This document shows, piece by piece, positions 1 through 6,709 of a stretch of 34,957 nt of DNA. A model generated the notes under the pieces. The model was given only the letters and a program-made list of their open reading frames with translations. It searched no databases and was not told the DNA's origin. The DNA comes from a virus: IMG/VR virus record IMGVR_UViG_3300011921_000003; one strand, 5' to 3'. Position 1 is the stretch's first letter. Every line of letters begins with the position of its first letter. The position numbers and the translations under genes were made by a program.

Positions 1-78
1 CCCGAAGGGTCAATATATAGATTTAAACGGCTTAATTATCTGCAACGATAACGATTCAATTCTGCCACCGTCTTTCCG
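1..78. repeat. 78-bp terminal direct repeat, copy 1 (identical to 34880..34957). Most likely the overlap of a circular assembly.
   Basis: Direct comparison: 'cccgaagggtcaatatatagatttaaacggcttaattatctgcaacgataacgattcaattctgccaccgtctttccg' occurs at both window ends. Confidence 0.95.
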
Positions 79-159
79 GTGTGTCAAGGTCTAAAGCTAA
101 CCTGATGAAACATGACCCTTATCATTGCTACGTTTCTGCTTGCTAAAGGCTTAATCAGT

Positions 160-375
160 CTAATGCAATTCAGGCCAGATTTGTTGCCAGTTGCAAACCA
201 TTTTGCGATTCCATTTACCATCTGATTTCTTTTCAAGCTCGGCGGCAATCCACACCAGTTGGTAGCCAGGCAGCCCATTATGTTTCCATTGGCTCACGGC
301 AGCTGGCGAGACTCGGCACATCTTTGCTACGGCAAACGTGCCACCTAAACAATTGATGATTTCTGTTGTATTCAT
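160..375 (-). CDS. Cro/YdaS-like helix-turn-helix transcriptional regulator (71 aa)
   Basis: The HTH-like segment 'GGTFAVAKMCRVSPAAVSQWK' is typical of small Cro/YdaS-type phage regulators. The gene is transcribed divergently from the early rightward operon. The overlapping 84..278 ORF is treated as a shadow ORF. Confidence 0.7.
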   Translation of the reverse strand: MNTTEIINCLGGTFAVAKMCRVSPAAVSQWKHNGLPGYQLVWIAAELEKKSDGKWNRKMVCNWQQIWPELH

Positions 376-402
376 GTAAGCTATCTTAACATGACTGTTT
401 CT

Positions 403-428
403 ATTTGCCGAATCTATTTGACGAATCT
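403..428. repeat. Tandem 13-bp direct repeat in the divergent promoter region, a candidate operator pair
   Basis: 'atttgccgaatct' (403..415) is followed directly by 'atttgacgaatct' (416..428), with 12/13 identity. The second copy contains the -35 hexamer of the rightward promoter. Confidence 0.6.
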
Positions 429-446
429 GTTTAGTTGGCTTAATAT
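418..446 (+). promoter_or_regulatory. Sigma70-type early rightward promoter (TTGACG, 17 nt, TAATAT)
   Basis: -35 'ttgacg' at 418..423, 17-nt spacer 'aatctgtttagttggct', -10 'taatat' at 441..446. It lies about 45 nt upstream of the erf start. The spacer and -10 are conserved at 3006..3028 and, on the minus strand, at 34416..34438. Confidence 0.65.
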
Positions 447-490
447 CTATCTTACTGGCATACCCGCCAGGACAACATACAGGTGCATAA

Positions 491-1099
491 ATGAACGTTT
501 ATCAAGCAATTTCCGCAGTTCAAAAAGACCTTTCTACACAAGGCATTTCAAAAGACCGTAAAAATATGCAAGGTTCGGGATACGCTTTTAGAGGTATCGA
601 CGATGTGTATAACGCTCTTGCACCATTCTTAGCAAAGCATGGTTTGTGCATACTCCCTAGAGTTTTAAACAGAGAGTCAGTTGAGCGTCAAAGCAAAGCT
701 GGCGGCGCATTGTTTTACATAACCGTTGAGGTCGAGTTTGACTTAGTCGCAGCTGACGGTAGCAAACACACAATTAAAACGTTTGGCGAGGCTATGGATA
801 GCGGTGACAAAGCCACTAACAAAGCAATGTCAGCGGCCTACAAATATGCGTGTATGCAATCTTTTTGTATTCCAACTGAAGGCGATAACGATGCCGACGC
901 TCAAACGCACCAAGTAGCGCCAAAGATTGAAAAACTTAAAGGCATTGAATTGGATCACACCAAAGCGTTAATGGCCTCGGCGGTTAGTTACGAAAACCTG
1001 AAAGACATTTTTAAAGAGGCTTGGGTGTCTTGTTTGAAAGAACAACAAACTCCGCTGAAAGCCGCATACGACGAATTTAAAGCAAACTGGGAGATTTAA
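491..1099 (+). CDS. erf: ERF-family single-strand annealing (recombination) protein
   Basis: 202 aa. The N-terminal block 'GYAFRGIDDVYNALAPFLAKHGL' is characteristic of the ERF superfamily. It is followed directly by ssb. The start context 'aggtgcataaATG' supplies an RBS. Confidence 0.8.
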   Translation: MNVYQAISAVQKDLSTQGISKDRKNMQGSGYAFRGIDDVYNALAPFLAKHGLCILPRVLNRESVERQSKAGGALFYITVEVEFDLVAADGSKHTIKTFGEAMDSGDKATNKAMSAAYKYACMQSFCIPTEGDNDADAQTHQVAPKIEKLKGIELDHTKALMASAVSYENLKDIFKEAWVSCLKEQQTPLKAAYDEFKANWEI

Positions 1100-1100
1100 G

Positions 1101-1541
1101 ATGGCAACAGATTTGAACCGCTGCGAGTTTATTGGGCGCTTGGGCAAAGACCCTGAAGTACGGTACACCGCTGACAGTAACGCAATCTGTAATTTTTCTA
1201 TTGCTGTCGGCTACAAGACCGCAACCAAAGAAACGACAGAATGGGTCAGGATCACGGCGTTTGGCAAGTTGGCAGGAATATGTGCTGACTACTTAAAGAA
1301 AGGCTCACAGGTCTTTGTAGCGGGTCGTATGACTACCCGTAAGTGGCAGAACAAAGATGGCGTGGATCAATACACAACTGAGGTGGTTGCTGACCAGATG
1401 CAAATGCTTGGTGGTCGGACTGCTGAAGATGCGCCACCAGTTGCTGCGCCTGTTAAACCAAAGTCTGACGCTTATCGCCAAATCAAAGAGGGGATTGTTG
1501 TGCCTCTTGATGAAATGATCGACGATGTACCTTTTAATTAG
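1101..1541 (+). CDS. ssb: Single-stranded DNA-binding protein
   Basis: 146 aa. The OB-fold N-terminus 'NRCEFIGRLGKDPEVRYT' and the acidic C-terminal tail 'DEMIDDVPFN' (the canonical SSB D-D-x-P-F tip) are both present. Confidence 0.9.
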   Translation: MATDLNRCEFIGRLGKDPEVRYTADSNAICNFSIAVGYKTATKETTEWVRITAFGKLAGICADYLKKGSQVFVAGRMTTRKWQNKDGVDQYTTEVVADQMQMLGGRTAEDAPPVAAPVKPKSDAYRQIKEGIVVPLDEMIDDVPFN

Positions 1542-1583
1542 AACGGGTCTATAATGGTTGTATTCCACGCAAAGGAGTGCAAC

Positions 1584-2015
1584 ATGATTCGTTCTAAAAC
1601 GTGTTTTAAATGCAAGACCGTCAAGCTGTTAAATGAGTTTTACAAACACAGTGCAATGGCTGACGGTCATTTAAACAAATGCAAAGAGTGCAACAAAAAA
1701 GATGCACTTGAGCATAGGTTAAAAAACATTGAAAAGGTCAGAGAATATGACAAACGCAGAGCAAAATTGCCAGATAGGGTCAAGTTGGCATTGCGGGTTA
1801 ATCAAGAATGGCGGGTTGCAGATAGACGTAGAGCCCAATGCCATAACGCAGTTGCTAGGGCTATTAGAAACAATGAACTTAGCCCAATGCCCTGTGTTCG
1901 ATGTGGTGAACTTAAAAGCCTTGCACACCACGAAGATTACAACAAACCTTTGGACGTTATGTGGTTATGCCAACCTTGTCATAAACAACGCCATAAAGAA
2001 ATGGCTTTGACATGA
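1584..2015 (+). CDS. HNH-family endonuclease / zinc-finger protein
   Basis: It has an N-terminal CxxC...CxxC and the C-terminal 'CVRCGELKSLAHHEDYNKPLDVMWLCQPCHKQRH' HNH-type motif. I prefer the ATG at 1584 (AAGGAG 7 nt upstream) over the track start at 1554. Confidence 0.65.
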   Translation: MIRSKTCFKCKTVKLLNEFYKHSAMADGHLNKCKECNKKDALEHRLKNIEKVREYDKRRAKLPDRVKLALRVNQEWRVADRRRAQCHNAVARAIRNNELSPMPCVRCGELKSLAHHEDYNKPLDVMWLCQPCHKQRHKEMALT

Positions 2016-2155
2016 CGCAATCTGAAGAAGCAATACTTATTTCTTGGCGATTGCAGCAATGGTACGAAAACATGGTCTTAGACGCTAGGGCCATGCAAGA
2101 CCTACAAGACGCAATCGAAATGCTTAAACAATTAGCTAAACAGGTGCAAAAATGA
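2012..2155 (+). CDS. Hypothetical small protein (47 aa, below the ORF-track cutoff)
   Basis: The ATG at 2012 overlaps the stop of the HNH gene, and the stop at 2153..2155 overlaps the ATG of the next gene (ATGA). It fills an otherwise empty 137-bp gap. Translation: MTQSEEAILISWRLQQWYENMVLDARAMQDLQDAIEMLKQLAKQVQK. Confidence 0.5.
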   Translation: MTQSEEAILISWRLQQWYENMVLDARAMQDLQDAIEMLKQLAKQVQK

Positions 2156-2886
2156 TTATTAAATCAGCAGACTCAGAATCAGGCCATTGGTACGCAGCTG
2201 ACGGTTCACCAGCCTATCAAATTAAAGGCGCAAACGGCAAAGAACGTAATACAACGGTACGAGATGCTCGTGCTCTTAAGTTAGTACCGTCAGTTACTAC
2301 TGTTTTAGGCATCATTGCCAAGCCTGGGCTTAACACTTGGTTGCAACAACAGGTCTTACTGGCTGCGTTAACGTTGCCACGCATTGCTGGCGAAACAGAG
2401 GAAAACTGGCTAGAACGAGTAATATCAGATTCCAAGTCAACAGGCCGTGACGCTATGGACAGAGGCACTCAAATGCATGGGGTGCTCGAGCGTTTTTACC
2501 GTGGCGATAAAGACGATTACCCTGTTTATGTTGACCAGGTTGATGCGGCAATCAGAATCCACTTTGGGCATGACCAGACTTGGGAGGCAGAACGCTCGTT
2601 TGCATACGAGGGATTTGGCGGCAAAGTCGATTTGATTGCTGAGAACATCGTGATTGACTTTAAGAGCAAGGATAAGCTCGATAAGGTTGTGCCGTACCAC
2701 GAACAACTGATGCAACTGGCGGCTTACCGTGTCGGCCTTGGCAAACCAACAGCCAGATGCGCCAACGTGTTCTTTACTGCCGAAGGTGATGTAAAACTGA
2801 TCGAACATTCAGAGGAAGATTTAGCCTCTGCATGGGATTGTTTTCAGTATTTACTAGCGTTCTACAAGCGTAAAAACAACTTATAA
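2152..2886 (+). CDS. PD-(D/E)XK (RecB/Cas4-like) exonuclease
   Basis: 244 aa. 'GKVDLIAENIVIDFKSK' fits a D...(D/E)xK nuclease core, and 'QLMQLAAY' fits the downstream QxxxY motif of RecB-family nucleases. It sits in the recombination module with erf and ssb. Confidence 0.7.
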   Translation: MIIKSADSESGHWYAADGSPAYQIKGANGKERNTTVRDARALKLVPSVTTVLGIIAKPGLNTWLQQQVLLAALTLPRIAGETEENWLERVISDSKSTGRDAMDRGTQMHGVLERFYRGDKDDYPVYVDQVDAAIRIHFGHDQTWEAERSFAYEGFGGKVDLIAENIVIDFKSKDKLDKVVPYHEQLMQLAAYRVGLGKPTARCANVFFTAEGDVKLIEHSEEDLASAWDCFQYLLAFYKRKNNL

Positions 2887-2923
2887 TAAATTGTCGGTGT
2901 TGTTCACTCCTTGTTCCATCGAC

Positions 2924-2949
2924 CGCCCCGTAATTGGGGCGTTTTGTTG
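2924..2949 (+). terminator. Rho-independent terminator after the exonuclease gene
   Basis: GC stem 'cgcccc' (2924..2929) pairs with 'ggggcg' (2936..2941) around the loop 'gtaatt', followed by 'ttttgttg'. Confidence 0.7.
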
Positions 2950-2999
2950 TAAAAATCCAAATAAATTAAAAATAATTGCAAAAACTAGGGTTAACACCT

Positions 3000-3028
3000 A
3001 TTATTTTACTGTTTAGATAGCTTAATAT
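3000..3028 (+). promoter_or_regulatory. Second rightward early promoter carrying the conserved CTGTTTAG...GCTTAATAT box
   Basis: -10 'taatat' at 3023..3028 follows the spacer 'ttactgtttagatagct', which matches the 418..446 promoter at 14 of 17 spacer positions. The -35 ('attatt') is poor, but there is a very AT-rich upstream region (2950..2990). It sits just after a terminator. Confidence 0.5.
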
Positions 3029-3073
3029 CTGTAAATGGCAACAACGCCACAAACCACGAAAAAAGGTACATAA

Positions 3074-3304
3074 ATGAATAACGAAATGTTCGGTTGCAAC
3101 CCAGACAAATTTATCGAAAGCGTTAAAGATTCGATTACATACAAATTTAGCGGTGCATACATGGTTGCAATGGGCCTTATGTCAGATGCTCAAGAATTGA
3201 TTGCCGCTGATGCAAAAGAGCAAGCCCGTCAAACTTTAAATTTAGCAAAATACATTATTGGCGAAATTAGCGATGGTAATTTGATTGGTACTGTGCAGCG
3301 TTAA
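3074..3304 (+). CDS. Hypothetical early protein (76 aa)
   Basis: ORF with the RBS context 'aaaaggtacataaATG', which is duplicated at 3328..3352. Confidence 0.6.
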   Translation: MNNEMFGCNPDKFIESVKDSITYKFSGAYMVAMGLMSDAQELIAADAKEQARQTLNLAKYIIGEISDGNLIGTVQR

Positions 3305-3348
3305 TCCAATGGGGCGTAAGCCCTATCACCACGACAAAAGGTACATAA

Positions 3349-3498
3349 ATGAGCAAACTAATCCAAGCATTTAAAGCAGACCCATCCGACAAGAACCGTG
3401 CAAAGTTAGCGGCGTACTTGCAAAAGCACATGATGGCAATTTGCATGGCAAGCCCTGACGAGCAGCAATTCCTGAAAGCTAACGGGTTTAAGGGGTAA
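3349..3498 (+). CDS. Hypothetical small protein (49 aa, below the ORF-track cutoff)
   Basis: It is preceded by the same 25-bp translation-initiation block as the 3074 gene. It ends at a TAA 3 nt before the next gene's ATG, and its last codons supply that gene's 'aagggg' SD. Translation: MSKLIQAFKADPSDKNRAKLAAYLQKHMMAICMASPDEQQFLKANGFKG. Confidence 0.55.
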   Translation: MSKLIQAFKADPSDKNRAKLAAYLQKHMMAICMASPDEQQFLKANGFKG

Positions 3499-3501
3499 GC
3501 C

Positions 3502-3765
3502 ATGAAAAACTCATATATCCAGTTGTCAGACGAAGGCAAGCGCCAACTGATGCGTGAACTAAGCCTTGAACTTACCGACAAAAAGATTGCAGAGCTTATG
3601 GATCAATTTGCCGATGGCGTTAAAACAGACAGCAACGGCGAACCGTACATCAAGATTGATGCTGATGACGTACTGTGTTGCGCTGTGCCGTTGTACACAC
3701 ACTTCATTGACATTAACCACATTGAAACCGTGACAGCAAACGAGGAGGATGGCAGCGATGAATAA
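3502..3765 (+). CDS. Hypothetical early protein (87 aa, acidic)
   Basis: ORF with an 'aagggg' SD 6 nt upstream, in the same orientation as the operon. Confidence 0.6.
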   Translation: MKNSYIQLSDEGKRQLMRELSLELTDKKIAELMDQFADGVKTDSNGEPYIKIDADDVLCCAVPLYTHFIDINHIETVTANEEDGSDE

Positions 3766-3946
3766 GCGTAACTGGCCTTACGGAACGGACATGAGCGAAC
3801 CAAACTGGACGGGTCGAACGGCTCGTCAGATGCGTGATTACAAACGACCTGATGACCGTATCCCACCAGTTGCGTGGGTAATGGGTTTGTTGGGCTTGGC
3901 GTTAGTGTTTGGTTTCTTTCCACTTTTAAGTCTAGTGATGCTATGA
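3758..3946 (+). CDS. Small membrane protein (about 62 aa, C-terminal TM helix)
   Basis: The C-terminus 'VAWVMGLLGLALVFGFFPLLSLVML' is a predicted TM helix. I prefer the ATG at 3758 (GGAGG 9 nt upstream) to the track start at 3749. Confidence 0.5.
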   Translation: MNKRNWPYGTDMSEPNWTGRTARQMRDYKRPDDRIPPVAWVMGLLGLALVFGFFPLLSLVML

Positions 3947-4260
3947 ACAAAATGATGATTGATCCAAAGTATTTTAAAGAATATTTAAAAGCGTTTGCCG
4001 AAACTAGTTTGCAAATTTACGAACAAGCACCAGGTAAGGTTTCAATTAGCAGAATCAAGTGGGATAAAAAGTATCGGGTGAGCGTGACGGTAAACACTGA
4101 GTTTGAGGCCAAAGAGGTGCGCCAGTTGATCGAGGCAGCACCGTATTTATATGCGGCGTTAGTCGATTTTCCGCAGCGTCTGGGGACAACGGACGATGAG
4201 TGTTACGCATGGCAATGTCAAGCGCAAGACGCTATGGATAAAGCAAGGGGCGTGAAATGA
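3943..4260 (+). CDS. Hypothetical early protein (105 aa)
   Basis: The internal ATG at 3943 forms an ATGA overlap with the upstream stop, and the extension back to 3874 overlaps the previous gene. The protein ends '...KARGVK', whose codons carry the shared GCAAGGGG junction. Confidence 0.55.
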   Translation: MNKMMIDPKYFKEYLKAFAETSLQIYEQAPGKVSISRIKWDKKYRVSVTVNTEFEAKEVRQLIEAAPYLYAALVDFPQRLGTTDDECYAWQCQAQDAMDKARGVK

Positions 4261-4523
4261 ACAAACGATTAAAAGAATTTGCTGAACAAGCTGGATTTGA
4301 ATGGGAAATAAACACGGCGTGGGTCTTACCTGATGGTTGGTGGAAAGCTGAAAGCGCAGATCTTGAACGCTTTGCCGAACTTGTGCGCCAAGATGAACGT
4401 GAGGCGTGTGCAAAGTTGTGTGATGATTTACAACTAACAGACCTTGCCATTCGGGATTGGGCTGACGGAACTTACGACTGCGCCAAAGCGATTAGAGCAA
4501 AGGGAAATCATGAACAAAATTGA
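4257..4523 (+). CDS. Hypothetical early protein, paralog of 5217..5594 (88 aa)
   Basis: It shares 'MN(K/E)RLKE(F/L)AEQAG', 'LERFA(E/N)LVR', 'EREACAKLC' and 'CA(K/A)AIRA(K/R)G' with the 5217 gene. Confidence 0.65.
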   Translation: MNKRLKEFAEQAGFEWEINTAWVLPDGWWKAESADLERFAELVRQDEREACAKLCDDLQLTDLAIRDWADGTYDCAKAIRAKGNHEQN

Positions 4524-4737
4524 AATAATTATTGAGGCGCTTAAATACGCTAAAGATTGCGGCAATTTGCGTGAAATTGAATTAATTGACAACGCTTTGT
4601 TGTCGGCTCGAAAATTAAACGCATTAGAACCAGTTGGAGTGTTTGAATATGATGAAGAAAACAAAGTCTGGGAAGAATTAACGCCAAACTGTGAAGGGGT
4701 AAAACTTTACGCATTGGACGGGGCTAAACATGACTGA
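4510..4737 (+). CDS. Hypothetical early protein (75 aa)
   Basis: The ATG at 4510 is preceded by 'aaaggga'. The longer 4444 start would overlap the previous gene by 80 nt. 'EALKYAK...LEPVG' weakly resembles 'DALKYHT...QEPVA' in 6006..6416. Confidence 0.5.
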   Translation: MNKIEIIIEALKYAKDCGNLREIELIDNALLSARKLNALEPVGVFEYDEENKVWEELTPNCEGVKLYALDGAKHD

Positions 4738-4990
4738 CCAACGATTAGTAAAGCAACTCGACTTGTATGAACGTGCTTACCTTGTTCTGACCATTTGGTC
4801 AGAGGACTATTGCAGCGTTGATCCAGATCATCAAAAAGTTATTGATGATCTGCAACAAGAAATTAAACGGATTACTAAGGAGTTGGAACGCAAGCCTGCA
4901 TACTGGATGCATTGCGATGGTCTGAAAACACGGATTGTGTTTACGCCTGAACCTGGTGCTGTTGCCATGTACCGTCAGGAAGAAAAATGA
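4730..4990 (+). CDS. Hypothetical early protein (86 aa)
   Basis: ORF overlapping its neighbours by 8 and 4 nt, the operon-coupled pattern. Confidence 0.55.
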   Translation: MTDQRLVKQLDLYERAYLVLTIWSEDYCSVDPDHQKVIDDLQQEIKRITKELERKPAYWMHCDGLKTRIVFTPEPGAVAMYRQEEK

Positions 4991-5220
4991 CAATTAAAAT
5001 AACTTACAACCATGAGTGCGATGGTTGCAAAAAGATCATCATGACTGAAAACTACAACTGGGCAAGTTTTCCAAGTTATACAACGCCGCAACCTCAAAGA
5101 GGCAATGCGTTTGTTTTGTTTGGTGTCAATGCCGACCTGTGTAGTGATTGCGCCCAACCGCTGCAAAAGGCTAAAGAACGCATGATGGAAAAAATTATTC
5201 AGGCAAGGGGTGTCGCATGA
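4987..5220 (+). CDS. Small zinc-ribbon protein (77 aa)
   Basis: It has two CxxC pairs, 'CDGC' and 'CSDC'. It ends 'QARGVA', which carries the GCAAGGGG junction motif. Confidence 0.55.
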   Translation: MTIKITYNHECDGCKKIIMTENYNWASFPSYTTPQPQRGNAFVLFGVNADLCSDCAQPLQKAKERMMEKIIQARGVA

Positions 5221-5594
5221 ACGAACGATTAAAAGAGTTGGCTGAACAGGCGGGGTTGGAAGAACTTGGCGATAGTGATTGGTGCTCATTAAATCTCCCT
5301 GACGTACGAGCGGAACACCTTGAACGTTTTGCCAACCTTGTGCGCGAAGATGATCGTGCGGCTCGTGGTGCGGTTTTAAGAAAGCAAGACGAACAAATTA
5401 AAGAAATGCAACTTATAAATGCCAATCTTCGTGAGAAATTTAATAAAGTGGTGCTTGAAGAACGTGAGGCTTGTGCGAAGTTGTGTGAATCGATGGGCGT
5501 ATACCCTGAATTAAATATTTGGAACGGTGGCCCTGATTGGTACAAACGCCAAAAAGAATGCGCCGCAGCAATCAGAGCAAGGGGTGAGAAATGA
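5217..5594 (+). CDS. Hypothetical early protein, paralog of 4257..4523 with an inserted coiled-coil segment of about 37 aa (125 aa)
   Basis: It has the same N-terminal, middle and C-terminal blocks as 4257..4523. The extra segment 'DRAARGAVLRKQDEQIKEMQLINANLREKFNKVVLEE' sits between them. Confidence 0.65.
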   Translation: MNERLKELAEQAGLEELGDSDWCSLNLPDVRAEHLERFANLVREDDRAARGAVLRKQDEQIKEMQLINANLREKFNKVVLEEREACAKLCESMGVYPELNIWNGGPDWYKRQKECAAAIRARGEK

Positions 5595-5812
5595 ACCATG
5601 AGGTCGCAATAAACATGAATGGCGTAGTCGTTGACGTGATCAGCCATCCTGAAAGAATCACGTTTGAGAAAGGTGAACAGTTTGAGGGAGAGATGGCAAA
5701 CAGGCAGAAAGTAATTTCAGGCGATGGGTTCAGCACCATGACCACGGCAGAAAATCGTCGCCAGTGGATGCACCGCAAACTCGACGCATGGATCGATGGA
5801 GTGGAGGAATGA
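5591..5812 (+). CDS. Hypothetical early protein (73 aa)
   Basis: ORF with an ATGA overlap to the previous gene and the GCAAGGGG SD block upstream. Confidence 0.55.
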   Translation: MNHEVAINMNGVVVDVISHPERITFEKGEQFEGEMANRQKVISGDGFSTMTTAENRRQWMHRKLDAWIDGVEE

Positions 5813-6009
5813 ACGAACACCTTTCAGTGCTAGGCGCAGCAATAGCTATTGGCGGCGGTTGGACAATAGTTCTGTTGGTTGTATATCTCCTTACTTTACT
5901 AAGCAACCGTGTTATGCACCTGTTGCTTGATTGTTACGGCGGTTTAAAAGTTTTTTTGCAGTTTAGAAAATGGTATCTAGAAAACAAACGTAAGGGGGTG
6001 ACAAAATGA
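5809..6009 (+). CDS. Small membrane protein (66 aa)
   Basis: The ATG at 5809 forms an ATGA overlap and has GGAGGA upstream. The TM helix is 'VLGAAIAIGGGWTIVLLVVYLLTLL'. Confidence 0.55.
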   Translation: MNEHLSVLGAAIAIGGGWTIVLLVVYLLTLLSNRVMHLLLDCYGGLKVFLQFRKWYLENKRKGVTK

Positions 6010-6416
6010 GCCGTGAAATTATGCAGCAAGCGTTAGATGCGTTGAAATATCATACAAAACACACATACCCATTTCATCAAACAAATGTGGCAATTGAATT
6101 GTTGAAGAAGGAGTTAGCCAAGCCTGAGCAAGATGTTACCTTCATTGATGAGGGTAACAAGCAAGAGCCTGTTGCGTGGCGCAATGCTGCCATTCGTTTA
6201 GGTGAAGATTTGTATTCTGTTGGGCCAAATGGTTACTACGACATGACAGCAAAACAATGGCTTGATTGGGCGTTAAGTGTCGTAAACACCGCACCATCAC
6301 GCAAAGAATGGGTCGGGCTAACGGAAGGTGAATTAATTGACATTAAAGATTGCAATCGTGGGTTTTGGACTAATGCCGCAAAAATTGAACAACTTTTAAA
6401 AGAAAAAAACACATGA
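6006..6416 (+). CDS. Hypothetical early protein (136 aa)
   Basis: ORF with an 'aaggggg' SD and an ATGA overlap. Confidence 0.6.
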   Translation: MSREIMQQALDALKYHTKHTYPFHQTNVAIELLKKELAKPEQDVTFIDEGNKQEPVAWRNAAIRLGEDLYSVGPNGYYDMTAKQWLDWALSVVNTAPSRKEWVGLTEGELIDIKDCNRGFWTNAAKIEQLLKEKNT

Positions 6417-6709
6417 ACCAAGTTGCGAGAAACACCGATCCAGCCACCAGTTGGGCTGCTGCCGACTCTGCAACGGCTTTAGCGGCTCAACACGCCACGA
6501 TAATCATCCAAGCCTTATGTAAGTATGGCCCGCAAGGGAAAGATGGTATAGCCACGATTACAGGACTCGATGGCAACCAGGTTGCGAGGCGGCTTAGTGA
6601 ACTAGAACGCAATCATGAAATCCTGCTGACGGGGCGCAACGTGCAAAGCAAATCAGGTCGAGCCGAACGGGAATGGAAAGTTATGCCAAAGCAAATGGAT
6701 TTGATATGA
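6413..6709 (+). CDS. Winged-helix (MarR/ArsR-like) DNA-binding protein (98 aa)
   Basis: 'IIIQALCKYGPQGKDGIATITGLDGNQVARRLSELERNHEIL' has the helix-turn-helix-wing pattern of small wHTH proteins. Confidence 0.45.
   Translation: MNQVARNTDPATSWAAADSATALAAQHATIIIQALCKYGPQGKDGIATITGLDGNQVARRLSELERNHEILLTGRNVQSKSGRAEREWKVMPKQMDLI

Noticed and set aside
1-78. The terminal repeat as a genuine podovirus direct terminal repeat or a cos site.
   Set aside because: The length of 78 bp, the exact identity and the cut point in the middle of a hairpin element fit an assembly overlap of a circular or permuted molecule better. This cannot be settled without reads.
84-278. 64-aa minus-strand ORF overlapping the cro-like gene in another frame.
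   Set aside because: The 160..375 frame carries a clear HTH motif and starts next to the divergent promoter region. The 84..278 frame has no motif and would need an internal start.
455-470. 'CTGGCAT...' looked like a sigma54 -24 element (TGGCAC).
   Set aside because: There is no TTGC(A/T) -12 element at the required 4 to 5-nt spacing. The sequence is better explained as the inverted repeat TGGC-N6-GCCA, which is also present at 3036..3049.
1554-1583. The upstream ATG at 1554 as the start of the HNH gene. Similarly extended track starts occur at 3874, 4444, 5764, 6673, 7319, 11706 and 30851.
   Set aside because: In each case an internal ATG has a proper SD or forms the ATGA/TAATG coupling overlap with the previous stop. 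The longer version would overlap the upstream gene substantially.
3267-3581. 104-aa minus-strand ORF spanning the 3304..3502 gap.
   Set aside because: The plus strand offers a 49-codon ORF with a duplicated RBS block and proper coupling to its neighbours. The minus ORF runs against the operon and overlaps two plus-strand genes.
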